Shown: one piece after another, positions 41,714 to 50,684 of the stretch | How the letters are laid out: each line of letters opens with the position of its first letter | Position numbering within the stretch: the first letter of the stretch is position 1 | Virus record (IMG/VR): IMGVR_UViG_3300042013_000065 | Reading direction: 5' to 3' (one strand) | Source of the DNA: a virus | DNA: 64,000 nt | The notes under the pieces: generated by a model | Told to the model about the DNA's origin: nothing | Seen by the model: the letters and a program-made list of their open reading frames with translations, nothing else | Databases searched by the model: none | Position numbers and translations under genes: made by a program

Positions 41714-42440
41714 TGAAACTCTCCGACAAAAAGGTGATGGCAAACGCGTGAACTTCAGGGAATTTTGTTTCGCGAAGAATTTGCATAACGCGTTGTGTAT
41801 GGTGTGCGTCTTCGACTTGAATCTGCGCCACTTGGTGGCCGATACTGCCTACGCCATATTTCAGGCATTCCGCCAGTGCGTGGGTCATGTTGGAATACAC
41901 GACGGTTTTGCCTTCAGCCTTCACACGGTTATGCGTGCGTACACCTTCTTTGCAGTGAATGTCGTAATTCGTTTCCGTGTGCATCACATCGAAAATTTCA
42001 GGCAGTTCAACACTGACCGGATTCTCTTCTGCGTAAACCATGCACTCCGGTGTTCTGAACATAATTTCATCAGCGCGATTCATGCCCAGCGAGAACAAGA
42101 AGATTGGGTCAGTCAGCCACGTTTGCGTACCGTTGTAGAAAAACACGGCTTCGTTTTTGTGCACGCGGTAAAGCACAGGGAACGCATTCAGCAGGCAGAC
42201 GGCCTTCACACCTTCTGCATAATCAATTGTTTTCTGGTGACGAACTGCGCTGGCTTCCATGGCGAGGTCGATAGCCGTCTGGATGTCTGCGCTGTCGTCG
42301 AGGTGTTCTCTGCGTGGGGAGTACACGTCGTCGCTGTAAACGGTCGCGAACATTTCGCACACTTGAACGCTAACGCGATCTTTCCACCAGCGTTGTGTTT
42401 CGGCGTCGAACATGAAACCATTTTCGGTTAGGAGTTGCAT
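41697..42440 (-). CDS. Paralogue family B member
   Basis: LTENGF; AVFFYNG; ALAECLKYGV. Confidence 0.8.
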   Translation of the reverse strand: MQLLTENGFMFDAETQRWWKDRVSVQVCEMFATVYSDDVYSPRREHLDDSADIQTAIDLAMEASAVRHQKTIDYAEGVKAVCLLNAFPVLYRVHKNEAVFFYNGTQTWLTDPIFLFSLGMNRADEIMFRTPECMVYAEENPVSVELPEIFDVMHTETNYDIHCKEGVRTHNRVKAEGKTVVYSNMTHALAECLKYGVGSIGHQVAQIQVEDAHHTQRVMQILRETKFPEVHAFAITFLSESFNGTVA

Positions 42441-43180
42441 GCTTGCTCAACCTCTGTAGGGATTACACCGTCAACAAAACGGATGGAAAAATAATTCTTT
42501 TTGCACGGCAGTTCATTGCCCAGCAAAATATTCAAAATCGTGTCGCCACTGGTTGTCCAGTACGTGCCAATGTGCTGGTTAACGTTTTCCACACCGTGAC
42601 GAATCATCGCCGGAATCAGATAGGCAATATCGCCGATGTAGTAAATGTTGTTGTACGGGCCTTTCACCATCCATGGCGCTTCCACGTCTTGCTGCGTGGT
42701 CTTGTTCAAACATTCGATAACTTCGTCGAGTGTTTCCACGCCGTAAACAGCGATACCTAAGTGCAGTTCGTACGGGCCACCATCGAGCAAGTAATCTGCA
42801 TCGAGGCTAAACAATTCGCGGTCGCCAAGCAGGAACTTTGCGTAATCGCCATCGGCACGGCGCACTTCTACCTGAATCTTTTTACTGCGCAAGAATGCTG
42901 CGACATCATTAACCAGATGTTGGAAGCGCTCAACCTGAACCTTCGCGATTTTATGAACCTCTGTAATCTTGATAAGCGCGAGGTCTGTATCGCCGTGATG
43001 AAAAATACTTGGCATTTTACTGCCGTAGATTTCGTTCACTTCGACCATACCCGTAGTCGGCCCAATGCAAACGCGCAGACCTTCAATCTTGCATTCCAGC
43101 CAATCCAAATCATTCATGGCCCATGTACCGCCGAGCGATTCGCAAAGAGCCTTAACGCGATTACAGAGAACAGTGTTCAT
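42428..43180 (-). CDS. Paralogue family B member
   Basis: AKFLLGDRELFSL; LIPAMIRHGV. Confidence 0.8.
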   Translation of the reverse strand: MNTVLCNRVKALCESLGGTWAMNDLDWLECKIEGLRVCIGPTTGMVEVNEIYGSKMPSIFHHGDTDLALIKITEVHKIAKVQVERFQHLVNDVAAFLRSKKIQVEVRRADGDYAKFLLGDRELFSLDADYLLDGGPYELHLGIAVYGVETLDEVIECLNKTTQQDVEAPWMVKGPYNNIYYIGDIAYLIPAMIRHGVENVNQHIGTYWTTSGDTILNILLGNELPCKKNYFSIRFVDGVIPTEVEQACNS

Positions 43181-43183
43181 AGC

Positions 43184-43870
43184 TTAGCCTTTTCTTGGGC
43201 AAATAAATTCAACGTAGGTCTGCGACATAGTGTCCGCAAATTCCGATGCCAGCAACGGTGGGCACGTCGGGAACGTTGCAACAATTTTGTGAACCTTCAC
43301 TTCGGACACGTTGCGGAGTTTCCACAAGTCGATATTTCGCAGGCATTTGATATCTGCAAAAATGTTGATCGTGTCAGCAGTGGATTTAACGAACGGTGTT
43401 GTCACAGCAGGTTGCTCTGCCATGTACGCTTCCACAAGCTCCACGTAAGACATCGAGAAATTCTTCGCCCGCGTCCTGTGCATAAAGCTCATGAATTTGT
43501 TGTAGTTCGAAAAATTCGAAGTCAGGTTGGAACGTGGATAGCGAACCTGCAACAGAGGCACACCGTTGTTGCCTGTAACGTAACTGAATTCAGCGTTCGG
43601 ATAATGCGAATTCAATTCGTCGCAAATCTCTGTCAACGTGGCGACGGCAAAGGTGTACTGCCGTGTTAGGTCAGGGCACACTTTGTATCGCTCAATTGCT
43701 TCAATCGCGCTTTCTTCGTCGCGAACGGTACGCGGTTTATTCATGAACCCACGAATAGCAGCCGTTTTATCGGTGCGTGTACCGGTGCACGTAATCCATG
43801 GAAACTTAGGGTGATACCACATTTCGTTTTCAAGGATAAAACCCTGCGTTTCCAGAATCTTTTCGAACAT
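43184..43870 (-). CDS. Probable family B member
   Basis: FEKILETQGF N-terminus. Confidence 0.7.
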   Translation of the reverse strand: MFEKILETQGFILENEMWYHPKFPWITCTGTRTDKTAAIRGFMNKPRTVRDEESAIEAIERYKVCPDLTRQYTFAVATLTEICDELNSHYPNAEFSYVTGNNGVPLLQVRYPRSNLTSNFSNYNKFMSFMHRTRAKNFSMSYVELVEAYMAEQPAVTTPFVKSTADTINIFADIKCLRNIDLWKLRNVSEVKVHKIVATFPTCPPLLASEFADTMSQTYVEFICPRKG

Positions 43871-44190
43871 TACTCAATCCTTGTTGAATTCAGATTTGCG
43901 CAGCGCATAAAGGCGGCTTCGTCAGCCTTGCCACGCGATTTGATTTCGAGCGATTCGCTCTCACCCCAGCAGTTTACAGTTGCGTTGCCCTTGTCATCCA
44001 CACCGACCGAACAGAAGCCCGCGCCCAATACTTTGTTAACGCGGTAATCGCCGCCGTCACCGGTTGCATACGTGGTGATGTCTGCCATGTCTTTGTGCAC
44101 GATGTTGTGCGGGAACATGATCGGAAATTCGAACTGTTGCAGACCGGTACGGAAATCGTTTGCACGAACAACGATGTATTTCATTTGCAT
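43870..44190 (-). CDS. Small phage protein (GAGF...C.G.SESL..SR..D family)
   Basis: Paralogous to 49420-49656. Confidence 0.75.
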   Translation of the reverse strand: MQMKYIVVRANDFRTGLQQFEFPIMFPHNIVHKDMADITTYATGDGGDYRVNKVLGAGFCSVGVDDKGNATVNCWGESESLEIKSRGKADEAAFMRCANLNSTRIE

Positions 44191-44388
44191 TTACAGATGC
44201 TCCAAAAGCTCGCCGGTTTCAGCGAAGTGTTTAATGTGAGGCCACAGAAGGCGGGCCTTGTCTTTGTTCAGCAGCATGCACATTTCTTTCACGCCGAGAC
44301 GCAGAAAATTATCGGGAGAACCCGCCTGTACGGTTTGCAAATGACATTCTGCACCCAAGGCATCTTTAAACGATTTGATTTCGCTCAT
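44191..44388 (-). CDS. Hypothetical protein
   Basis: GAGG RBS; packed ORF. Confidence 0.7.
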   Translation of the reverse strand: MSEIKSFKDALGAECHLQTVQAGSPDNFLRLGVKEMCMLLNKDKARLLWPHIKHFAETGELLEHL

Positions 44389-44389
44389 G

Positions 44390-44632
44390 TCAGCCTCGTT
44401 TGTGTAACATGTAGCCGGGAATGTACATGCCGTTTGGAAAGTTTTCTTTGATGAAATCTTCCATGGTGCGTTGCTTGCGACCGGTCGGTGTACCTTGCCA
44501 AGTCGGCGGCTGTTCTACGAATTTCATGCCTGCAATTTCTTGCGGACTGAAATCGGTTTGGCTGCCACACAACCGGTGTTCCGGCGCGCTGTAGAAATCA
44601 GAATCAGGTGCTTCGTACTCCTTCGACATCAA
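44390..44632 (-). CDS. Hypothetical protein
   Basis: GGAGG RBS. Confidence 0.7.
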   Translation of the reverse strand: MMSKEYEAPDSDFYSAPEHRLCGSQTDFSPQEIAGMKFVEQPPTWQGTPTGRKQRTMEDFIKENFPNGMYIPGYMLHKRG

Positions 44633-44895
44633 TCCTCCAAGATATATACGAATTTTTGATTGGGGAAAAGCGCAGGCAGCGTAAACGTTTGTTGCATCTT
44701 GTTGGAAGTATCAACGTCGGTTACGACGGTGTGTTTGTGATATTTACGCAGTTTGAATTTTGCACCGTCGCTCGTAATGCAGTCAGGGCGCGCAGCTACA
44801 CTGCCGTAACAGTCCATCTGCTTTCCGAATGCTTGCGCCTCTTCTACGGAAGCGAAGCGTTTTTCAACAGTTGTTTCGAGAAACAATCCAGACAT
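44629..44895 (-). CDS. Hypothetical protein
   Basis: Packed ORF. Confidence 0.7.
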   Translation of the reverse strand: MSGLFLETTVEKRFASVEEAQAFGKQMDCYGSVAARPDCITSDGAKFKLRKYHKHTVVTDVDTSNKMQQTFTLPALFPNQKFVYILED

Positions 44896-44898
44896 AAA

Positions 44899-45045
44899 TC
44901 ACCGAACAGGAATAGAAACCCAACGCCCGCGAACGATTGCGAAGCGCACACGATCACGAACTAATTCACCGTTTGCGCGAATCTTCACTGTGCCACTACT
45001 CCAGCGGAACAACTCACGCAAATATTTCGTTCGGCGTTTGTTCAT
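44899..45045 (-). CDS. Arg-rich 48-aa protein (MNKRRTKYLRELF...), not in the ORF track
   Basis: ATGA overlap with the upstream gene; fills the gap. Confidence 0.6.
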   Translation of the reverse strand: MNKRRTKYLRELFRWSSGTVKIRANGELVRDRVRFAIVRGRWVSIPVR

Positions 45046-45647
45046 TCGTCACCCATTTTGCGACCGTCTGCATCGTCCCACGCAGCGGCGTCTTCGCACA
45101 GCTCACGGAAACCTTCGCTGAAATCTTGTTCACCGATTTCAACAACGGCTGGGTTTGGTGCAAGCGCCGGATCGAGGTGCGTAGTACCGGCCAACTGCAT
45201 TTCACAGCAGTACGGGCAGTGGTACATACCGGACGGCGTACCCAACAGCATTTCCGGGTGTTCTTTGCATTTGAAATCTTCGTTGCGGTAGAAACGAACG
45301 TACAAAGTCCGAATCATTTTCGTTTCTTCGTTCAGCAGCGCCCGTTCCGAAACGTGAAACTTGTTGTGGTCGATTTCCACAGTCGCAATGTAATCGCGAA
45401 TGGCGTCAAGGTTGATGTCCTGATAATCGCCAGCCAGTTTGAAAACAAAGCACAAAGTGTCGATGCTTTCTTCGGGCAGAACCTTGCAGAAATCTTTACC
45501 GGCTTCGTATTTCAACGGCACGCAGTTATGCGGCAGATTGATTACGTCCATCGAAACGCGAGCGGCTGCTACTGGAACAAACTCAGGAACGTTGATGCCG
45601 AAAGCAGTTTGGCGGCAAGTACCGGTATATGCGACTTGAGTTTCCAT
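45042..45647 (-). CDS. Protein with C-terminal zinc finger
   Basis: CxxH...CPYC. Confidence 0.75.
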   Translation of the reverse strand: METQVAYTGTCRQTAFGINVPEFVPVAAARVSMDVINLPHNCVPLKYEAGKDFCKVLPEESIDTLCFVFKLAGDYQDINLDAIRDYIATVEIDHNKFHVSERALLNEETKMIRTLYVRFYRNEDFKCKEHPEMLLGTPSGMYHCPYCCEMQLAGTTHLDPALAPNPAVVEIGEQDFSEGFRELCEDAAAWDDADGRKMGDE

Positions 45648-45883
45648 TGGAATTTTGGCCCGTAGTAAATTGGTAGGGAATAATCACCGCTGTATTGCGG
45701 CTCTAAATACATTGCATGCGGCGGCTTTCGCCAGCCACGTTCATTTGCTTCTGTGCGCGGATACACAACGCACAGTGCAGGGTGAACACCGTACAACGAA
45801 ATCAACGAACGTTCGTCTACGAAATGTTCTTGCCCGTCCGTGCGACTGGTCACGGTGCCGGGACAAATAACGTACAGCGCCAT
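45569..45883 (-). CDS. Hypothetical phage protein
   Basis: Start MALYVICPG.V.S..DG..H. Confidence 0.7.
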   Translation of the reverse strand: MALYVICPGTVTSRTDGQEHFVDERSLISLYGVHPALCVVYPRTEANERGWRKPPHAMYLEPQYSGDYSLPIYYGPKFQWKLKSHIPVLAAKLLSASTFLSLFQ

Positions 45884-45884
45884 G

Positions 45885-46313
45885 TCACGCACCGAACGGC
45901 TCCAAATGTTTATGCAGGCAAGTGATACAACGGCGTCCGTTATCGTATTCGAATTCCGAATCTGTACGCTCCAAATCCGCCCACACAGCGCCGTCTTCAA
46001 CGTTGAGTTTTACCACCAGCCAAACGTGGCCTTCAAACATTACCGGAATGTTGATTGCGTACGGAACGCGTGGGCCTTGTGCAACCACGATTGCGCCGCC
46101 CGGTTCATCCGACAGCAACGCTTCCAACAAACCGAAGTTTTCCGCCTCTTCCAACTTCAGGCACGCTTCGATATAGGTCAGCAAATGACTGTTCATGCTG
46201 CGGTGGTTTACACGCGCAAAAGCTTCAATCTTTTCACGCCAGCCGTCCGGCAAACGAACAACGAATTTGTCGGCGGTGCGGCTGTTGTACAAGGCTTGTT
46301 TAACTGGTTTCAT
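45885..46313 (-). CDS. amrZ: AmrZ (AlgZ)-like Arc/ribbon-helix-helix transcription regulator
   Basis: MKPVKQ..YNSRTADKFVVRLPDG.RE.I...AR..HRSMNS closely matches the Pseudomonas AmrZ N-terminus. Confidence 0.9.
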   Translation of the reverse strand: MKPVKQALYNSRTADKFVVRLPDGWREKIEAFARVNHRSMNSHLLTYIEACLKLEEAENFGLLEALLSDEPGGAIVVAQGPRVPYAINIPVMFEGHVWLVVKLNVEDGAVWADLERTDSEFEYDNGRRCITCLHKHLEPFGA

Positions 46314-46957
46314 TTCTTTGTCCGTTTGGCGAGTTTTGGAACGGCCTGCATTGCGTTGGTAACGAGTTCGACTTCTGCATCACTCAGCAATTGGTGCATG
46401 GTGGCCGGTGTGCCGCGCTTGAACATGAACTTGATGATTTCAGCAGCACGAACAGACAAACGTTCCGCAAGAATCGCCACGGTAATATCTGACCTTTCTT
46501 CCGGTCGCTCTTCTGTCGCTGCACCTACAACGTGATTTGCAGCAGCGTCGATTGCAGCCAGTTGGCGCAACAGCATGTCTTTTTCCCAATTGTCGCCGAA
46601 AAAGAATTTGTTCAAACCTTTGATGTCGTGGCCGTCCAGACTGAATTCACCGTTCACACGATCAACGCTATCGAGCGAGATATGTTCCATTGCGTGGTAA
46701 GCGGCTGCAACTTCCATCACGTCGATGCCGTAATACTTTGCCCAATTGTTGATCGTGACATCACTGAATGGGAAATACCCGTTGCCGGGAACTTTACGTT
46801 CTTTGCCAGCCTGCACAGCGCGATCTTTTTCAATGCCTTCGCGAATGTAGCGCAGCGTCAGTTCATGCAAACCTTTGAATGTGCCGTCGCTGAATTTTTT
46901 CAGCTCTTCAAACAGGTCATCCGGCACACGTGGGCGGTAAGGAGTTGGACGATTCAT
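46310..46957 (-). CDS. RHH-like N-terminus fused to a translation initiation factor IF2 N-domain-like segment
   Basis: RPRVPDDLFEELKK...L..RYIREGI; ITVAILAERLSVRAAEIIKFMFKRGTPATMHQ. Confidence 0.75.
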   Translation of the reverse strand: MNRPTPYRPRVPDDLFEELKKFSDGTFKGLHELTLRYIREGIEKDRAVQAGKERKVPGNGYFPFSDVTINNWAKYYGIDVMEVAAAYHAMEHISLDSVDRVNGEFSLDGHDIKGLNKFFFGDNWEKDMLLRQLAAIDAAANHVVGAATEERPEERSDITVAILAERLSVRAAEIIKFMFKRGTPATMHQLLSDAEVELVTNAMQAVPKLAKRTKK

Positions 46958-47341
46958 TTAGATAATCCCGTAGTCGATGGCGACAGGCTTGCCGTTAATC
47001 ATGCCAATGGAACACACTTTGTTTTCCACAATCTTTTTGATCGTGTCTTTGTTGAGTCCTTCGACTTGTTCAACAAGCTTCCAGAATTCTTCAACATATG
47101 CGAAACGATCTTCGGCGTCGTAGCTTTTCACGTCAGCACGCGGCATGACGATAACGATACATCCCCACGAACGCCACAGCACAGGAGCCAGCAGCGGCGT
47201 ATCCAAATGGCTGAACGAATATTCTGTGTCATTGCACAAAATACCTTGCAGGAAATTCCGCCAGTGCTTAATCATGGGAAACTTGATCGCGTACTTACCA
47301 ATCAGCAAAACACTTCTGGTAGAGCCGTGCTTCCATTTCAT
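46958..47341 (-). CDS. Minimal protein-kinase-like protein
   Basis: GSTR.V...AIKFP, N..E, LAPV, ENK...G...VAIDYG. Confidence 0.7.
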   Translation of the reverse strand: MKWKHGSTRSVLLIGKYAIKFPMIKHWRNFLQGILCNDTEYSFSHLDTPLLAPVLWRSWGCIVIVMPRADVKSYDAEDRFAYVEEFWKLVEQVEGLNKDTIKKIVENKVCSIGMINGKPVAIDYGII

Positions 47342-47601
47342 TTTCTTTTCCTAAAAGAATTCAACTTTCGCATTTCTTCGACTGTTAAAACGGTGCTGGC
47401 TTCGTATGGAACTCTTTTGCCTTTGTAATGGTTGATAACAATACCCAAGCCATTATATTTCACACCGTTCAACAAATCGAGAATCAACGTCAGTTTTAAT
47501 TTGCGTTGCCGAGCATACCAATCAACGGTGGTAATTCCTCCCGTCGAAAGGTCATGCTGTTGTGGATACCAGTTTGCTCCCGGTGTGGATTTCACCGGCA
47601 A
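47338..47601 (-). CDS. Hypothetical basic protein
   Basis: Packed ORF. Confidence 0.65.
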   Translation of the reverse strand: MPVKSTPGANWYPQQHDLSTGGITTVDWYARQRKLKLTLILDLLNGVKYNGLGIVINHYKGKRVPYEASTVLTVEEMRKLNSFRKRK

Positions 47602-48446
47602 ATGTCGTTGAACGAAAGCTCTGCAAAGTTTTTGCCGTTGTCCATAAAGAACGAATACTTTTCAGCAGGCGTCAGCAATTGGCGATATTTTTCACCGTCC
47701 GAAATTGCTAGCTTTTCAGGCTTGCCGTTCACGTACTGGATAACGGTCATACCATTACCGCTAACGTCCAAACGGGTTTCGGTTTCAACTGTGCTTTCAT
47801 CGTGTGCACGCCAGTCAAGAATCTGATAATAGCGATACGAAACCGTGCGTGTTCCGGTGACGGTGCGTTCACCCACTTTGAAAATGCAGTTCTTTTGCGC
47901 CGACGTGTATTTGTCCCATGCTGGCACAATCGTTTTGAAATTGTAGTAGCCCCACACGCCAGCACCGACGATGCACAGGAACACCAGCGACCACACGGCG
48001 AACAGGAAGGCCCGTATACGCGTTTTGAGGCGTTGTGTGAACGCTTGGCGGGCTTCCATGCGTTTCTTTGCCCGCTCTTCAGCAGCAGCGTTTGAGCGGC
48101 CATCCTCTAGGGACGTTTGCAGCTTCGCAAAAGTGGCGTCGAGCTTGGCGCGGTGTTCCGGGTCATCAATGCGCGAATAGTCGCCGAGACGGCCCACGAC
48201 ACCATCGCGCCCCATGTCTTTCAAATCAGCCGGGTCACGTTGAACGCGATCACCTTGCCACGTGCGATTTATATCGTCGTAATCGGCAATTAAATTGTTC
48301 CTTGCCTCTTCGGATACAGGAGGAATAGAACGATCAATTTGTTCGATAAAAGTTTTACGATTTCTTGCCTGTGTGTCTGCGCGAAGTTCTGCGTCCAGCG
48401 CCAAATCCAATTCACGGTCGGCGTCACGGGTGGCTTGATCAGTCAT
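47592..48446 (-). CDS. Single-pass membrane protein
   Basis: Start MTDQ; central TM segment AFLFAVWSLVFLCIVGAGVWGYY. Confidence 0.8.
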   Translation of the reverse strand: MTDQATRDADRELDLALDAELRADTQARNRKTFIEQIDRSIPPVSEEARNNLIADYDDINRTWQGDRVQRDPADLKDMGRDGVVGRLGDYSRIDDPEHRAKLDATFAKLQTSLEDGRSNAAAEERAKKRMEARQAFTQRLKTRIRAFLFAVWSLVFLCIVGAGVWGYYNFKTIVPAWDKYTSAQKNCIFKVGERTVTGTRTVSYRYYQILDWRAHDESTVETETRLDVSGNGMTVIQYVNGKPEKLAISDGEKYRQLLTPAEKYSFFMDNGKNFAELSFNDICR

Positions 48447-49044
48447 TGGTAAATTCCTTGTACTTGGCGAAGTGAGCGATTTTCTCGGCGTTGTGTTCTG
48501 CAATCGCGGCATCGTTGGTTTGCACGATGTCACACGGATAAACGACCGTGTTCTCGCAGATGAAACGGCAGCGATTAGGCATGTCTTTCACGAACAGCAA
48601 TTTGTTGCACAGAATGTCGTAGTTAACGATCAAACTGGTATCCGCTACAAGATACACATTCGCATCGGTGCGTGGAATGAAGTTGTACAAAACTGCTTGG
48701 CTGGTGCCTTCAATCCAGAACAAATGTGCAGGGCGGTCGCGGAAAATATATTTCGGCAACCAGCGGCCTTTGTCGTTCAGAATCGAATGCTGAATGCTGC
48801 GGGCGTACGTGCGCAAATCGTAATCGCGCTGATATTGCACACCGTCGAAATGCTTCTGCAAAACATCCCACGTTAATTTGCAACGTTTGCGGGCCTGCAT
48901 GATACGATTGGCAACACGCTTTTTCGCAATGTCATCGACCGTCAGCCTTTCGCACCGACTTTCTAAAAGCTTGCGAACTTCTGAAACAGGCATCATCTGC
49001 ATACCGACTTGGTGCATTGTGCTGTGTGTAAATGAATCCGTCAT
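48439..49044 (-). CDS. Hypothetical protein
   Basis: Coupled ORF. Confidence 0.75.
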   Translation of the reverse strand: MTDSFTHSTMHQVGMQMMPVSEVRKLLESRCERLTVDDIAKKRVANRIMQARKRCKLTWDVLQKHFDGVQYQRDYDLRTYARSIQHSILNDKGRWLPKYIFRDRPAHLFWIEGTSQAVLYNFIPRTDANVYLVADTSLIVNYDILCNKLLFVKDMPNRCRFICENTVVYPCDIVQTNDAAIAEHNAEKIAHFAKYKEFTND

Positions 49045-49406
49045 ACCTTGCGTCCTAATGTCGTTAAGTCCATATCGTCAGTAATGTACTGCAAGCCGCC
49101 TTTGTTGTAGAGCGGCGCAATACGTTTTTTCTTACGTTCGATTTCCACTTGAGCCAACTTCTCGCGCATTTCGAAATCATCAACTTCGAACGCGAATGTA
49201 TCGGGTTTGTCTAACACTGTGCCAGCGAGACTTTTGTACGGTGACACGTCCGAACGGTAAGCGACAGATAAATCATTGTCCTTTGCCTTTTTTCGTACGG
49301 CTTTCCCATCAGGATTGCGGCCTAGCTGCTTGGACAAGCGTGCGATTTCTGCCGCCTCTTTTTCTCTCGCTTGTTTGCGCTGCTGTTGCTGTCTGCGTGT
49401 AAGCAT
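49041..49406 (-). CDS. Conserved-type phage basic protein
   Basis: APLYNKGGLQYI motif of a kind seen in large myoviruses. Confidence 0.75.
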   Translation of the reverse strand: MLTRRQQQQRKQAREKEAAEIARLSKQLGRNPDGKAVRKKAKDNDLSVAYRSDVSPYKSLAGTVLDKPDTFAFEVDDFEMREKLAQVEIERKKKRIAPLYNKGGLQYITDDMDLTTLGRKV

Positions 49407-49419
49407 TTTATGAAACCTT

Positions 49420-49656
49420 TTACTCGATGAAATCCGCGTGGCGCAGCAGCACTTCGTCTTTCATGCCACGGCTACCAACCTCGTTACCCTTTACAGTTAT
49501 TGTCCCTTGGCACGTGATGAACATTTGGTGAACAACTGCATCGCCACCGCTGACCACTTTGGCGCCGAGTGCATCAACGATCTTGTCAACGTCGATGCCT
49601 TTGCCGATGATCATAGACGCTTCTTTACCGTCGATAGAAACTACGAGATATTTCAT
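49420..49656 (-). CDS. Small protein, paralogue of 43870-44190
   Basis: MKYLVV; VVSGG; C.G; SRG..DE. Confidence 0.7.
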   Translation of the reverse strand: MKYLVVSIDGKEASMIIGKGIDVDKIVDALGAKVVSGGDAVVHQMFITCQGTITVKGNEVGSRGMKDEVLLRHADFIE

Positions 49657-49892
49657 TATTTGCTCCGGGGAATTTGTTGCAGTTGAGGGGAAACTTTGTG
49701 ACGCTGTTCGCGATCAAGATCAGCCAGCGCTTTTATTGCAGGGAACGCCGCGTCGAATTCAGCCAGCAGTTTTGAAGCGTTTTCGATTACCTGCGGCGTG
49801 AAATCTACCAACGTCTTTTTAGTGGTTGCGTATTTCAGCGGCCACAAAGCGTTGTCGAGCGCGGAACCTTTTGGAAAACCTGTTTCGTTCAC
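49656..49892 (-). CDS. Hypothetical protein
   Basis: GAGG RBS; GTG start. Confidence 0.65.
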   Translation of the reverse strand: MNETGFPKGSALDNALWPLKYATTKKTLVDFTPQVIENASKLLAEFDAAFPAIKALADLDREQRHKVSPQLQQIPRSK

Positions 49893-49894
49893 GA

Positions 49895-50191
49895 CTACCT
49901 CAACAGACGGATAAATTCTTCGTTGATAGGTGCGTCAACGCTAACGTCTTCGCCTTCAAGGTCTGGCAACTGAATTTGAAAACCTTCAGGATGAAAAACA
50001 ATACGGTATTCGTACGTATGATTTTCGTAGAACCAGAAAGACGCGGTGAATTTGTCGGTTTCCCACTCCACTTGCACGGCGTGTGGGTCGTCAACGATTT
50101 CAACGGTCGGTGCGTTCTTCGGCTGCAATGCAATCGTGAATTTGATCGCTGCGGAAAACGCTGCGGAAAATACTTCGTGCCATTCTTTCAT
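49895..50191 (-). CDS. Hypothetical acidic protein
   Basis: AAGGA RBS. Confidence 0.7.
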   Translation of the reverse strand: MKEWHEVFSAAFSAAIKFTIALQPKNAPTVEIVDDPHAVQVEWETDKFTASFWFYENHTYEYRIVFHPEGFQIQLPDLEGEDVSVDAPINEEFIRLLR

Positions 50192-50205
50192 GTTTACAGT
50201 TCCTT

Positions 50206-50613
50206 TTAGCTGTTGCGTTTAACCGTAGTACCGCCATCAACCAGCAGTGTTACGGTGTAATTCTCGTTACCCATTGACCAGCGATACAGGGCACGCCGCC
50301 ACGCCGCTTTTTTGCGGTTCGTCATACGTTGTTGTTCTGGTGTAAGCAGATAGTCGAAGGAACATTTTTGCCCGACTTCCAAACGCTGCACAGCTTCGTA
50401 CAAACGATTAATGTTCAACGCCCAATTGACGCGGAACATTTCATCGCGGTCAGTGTCGGTCATCGGTTTAAGCGCCACACAAACCGTACGCTCTACGGGC
50501 AGCGCTTTATCCAGTGTTTCAAACACGACTTCTTCAAACGTTTTCTTGTTCTTTACTGCGTAGCTTGCAATACGACGTGCGAGATTGTCGTCGTAATCCA
50601 TAATAATATTCAT
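50206..50613 (-). CDS. Protein with RHH-like N-terminus
   Basis: MNIIMDYDDNLARRIASYA...TFEEVV. Confidence 0.65.
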   Translation of the reverse strand: MNIIMDYDDNLARRIASYAVKNKKTFEEVVFETLDKALPVERTVCVALKPMTDTDRDEMFRVNWALNINRLYEAVQRLEVGQKCSFDYLLTPEQQRMTNRKKAAWRRALYRWSMGNENYTVTLLVDGGTTVKRNS

Positions 50614-50684
50614 ATGTAATCCTTATAGCTTGTCCCACATGCCAAAAAGGCGGTCGAGTTCTTTTGACTGCGCAGCGTTTGGAA

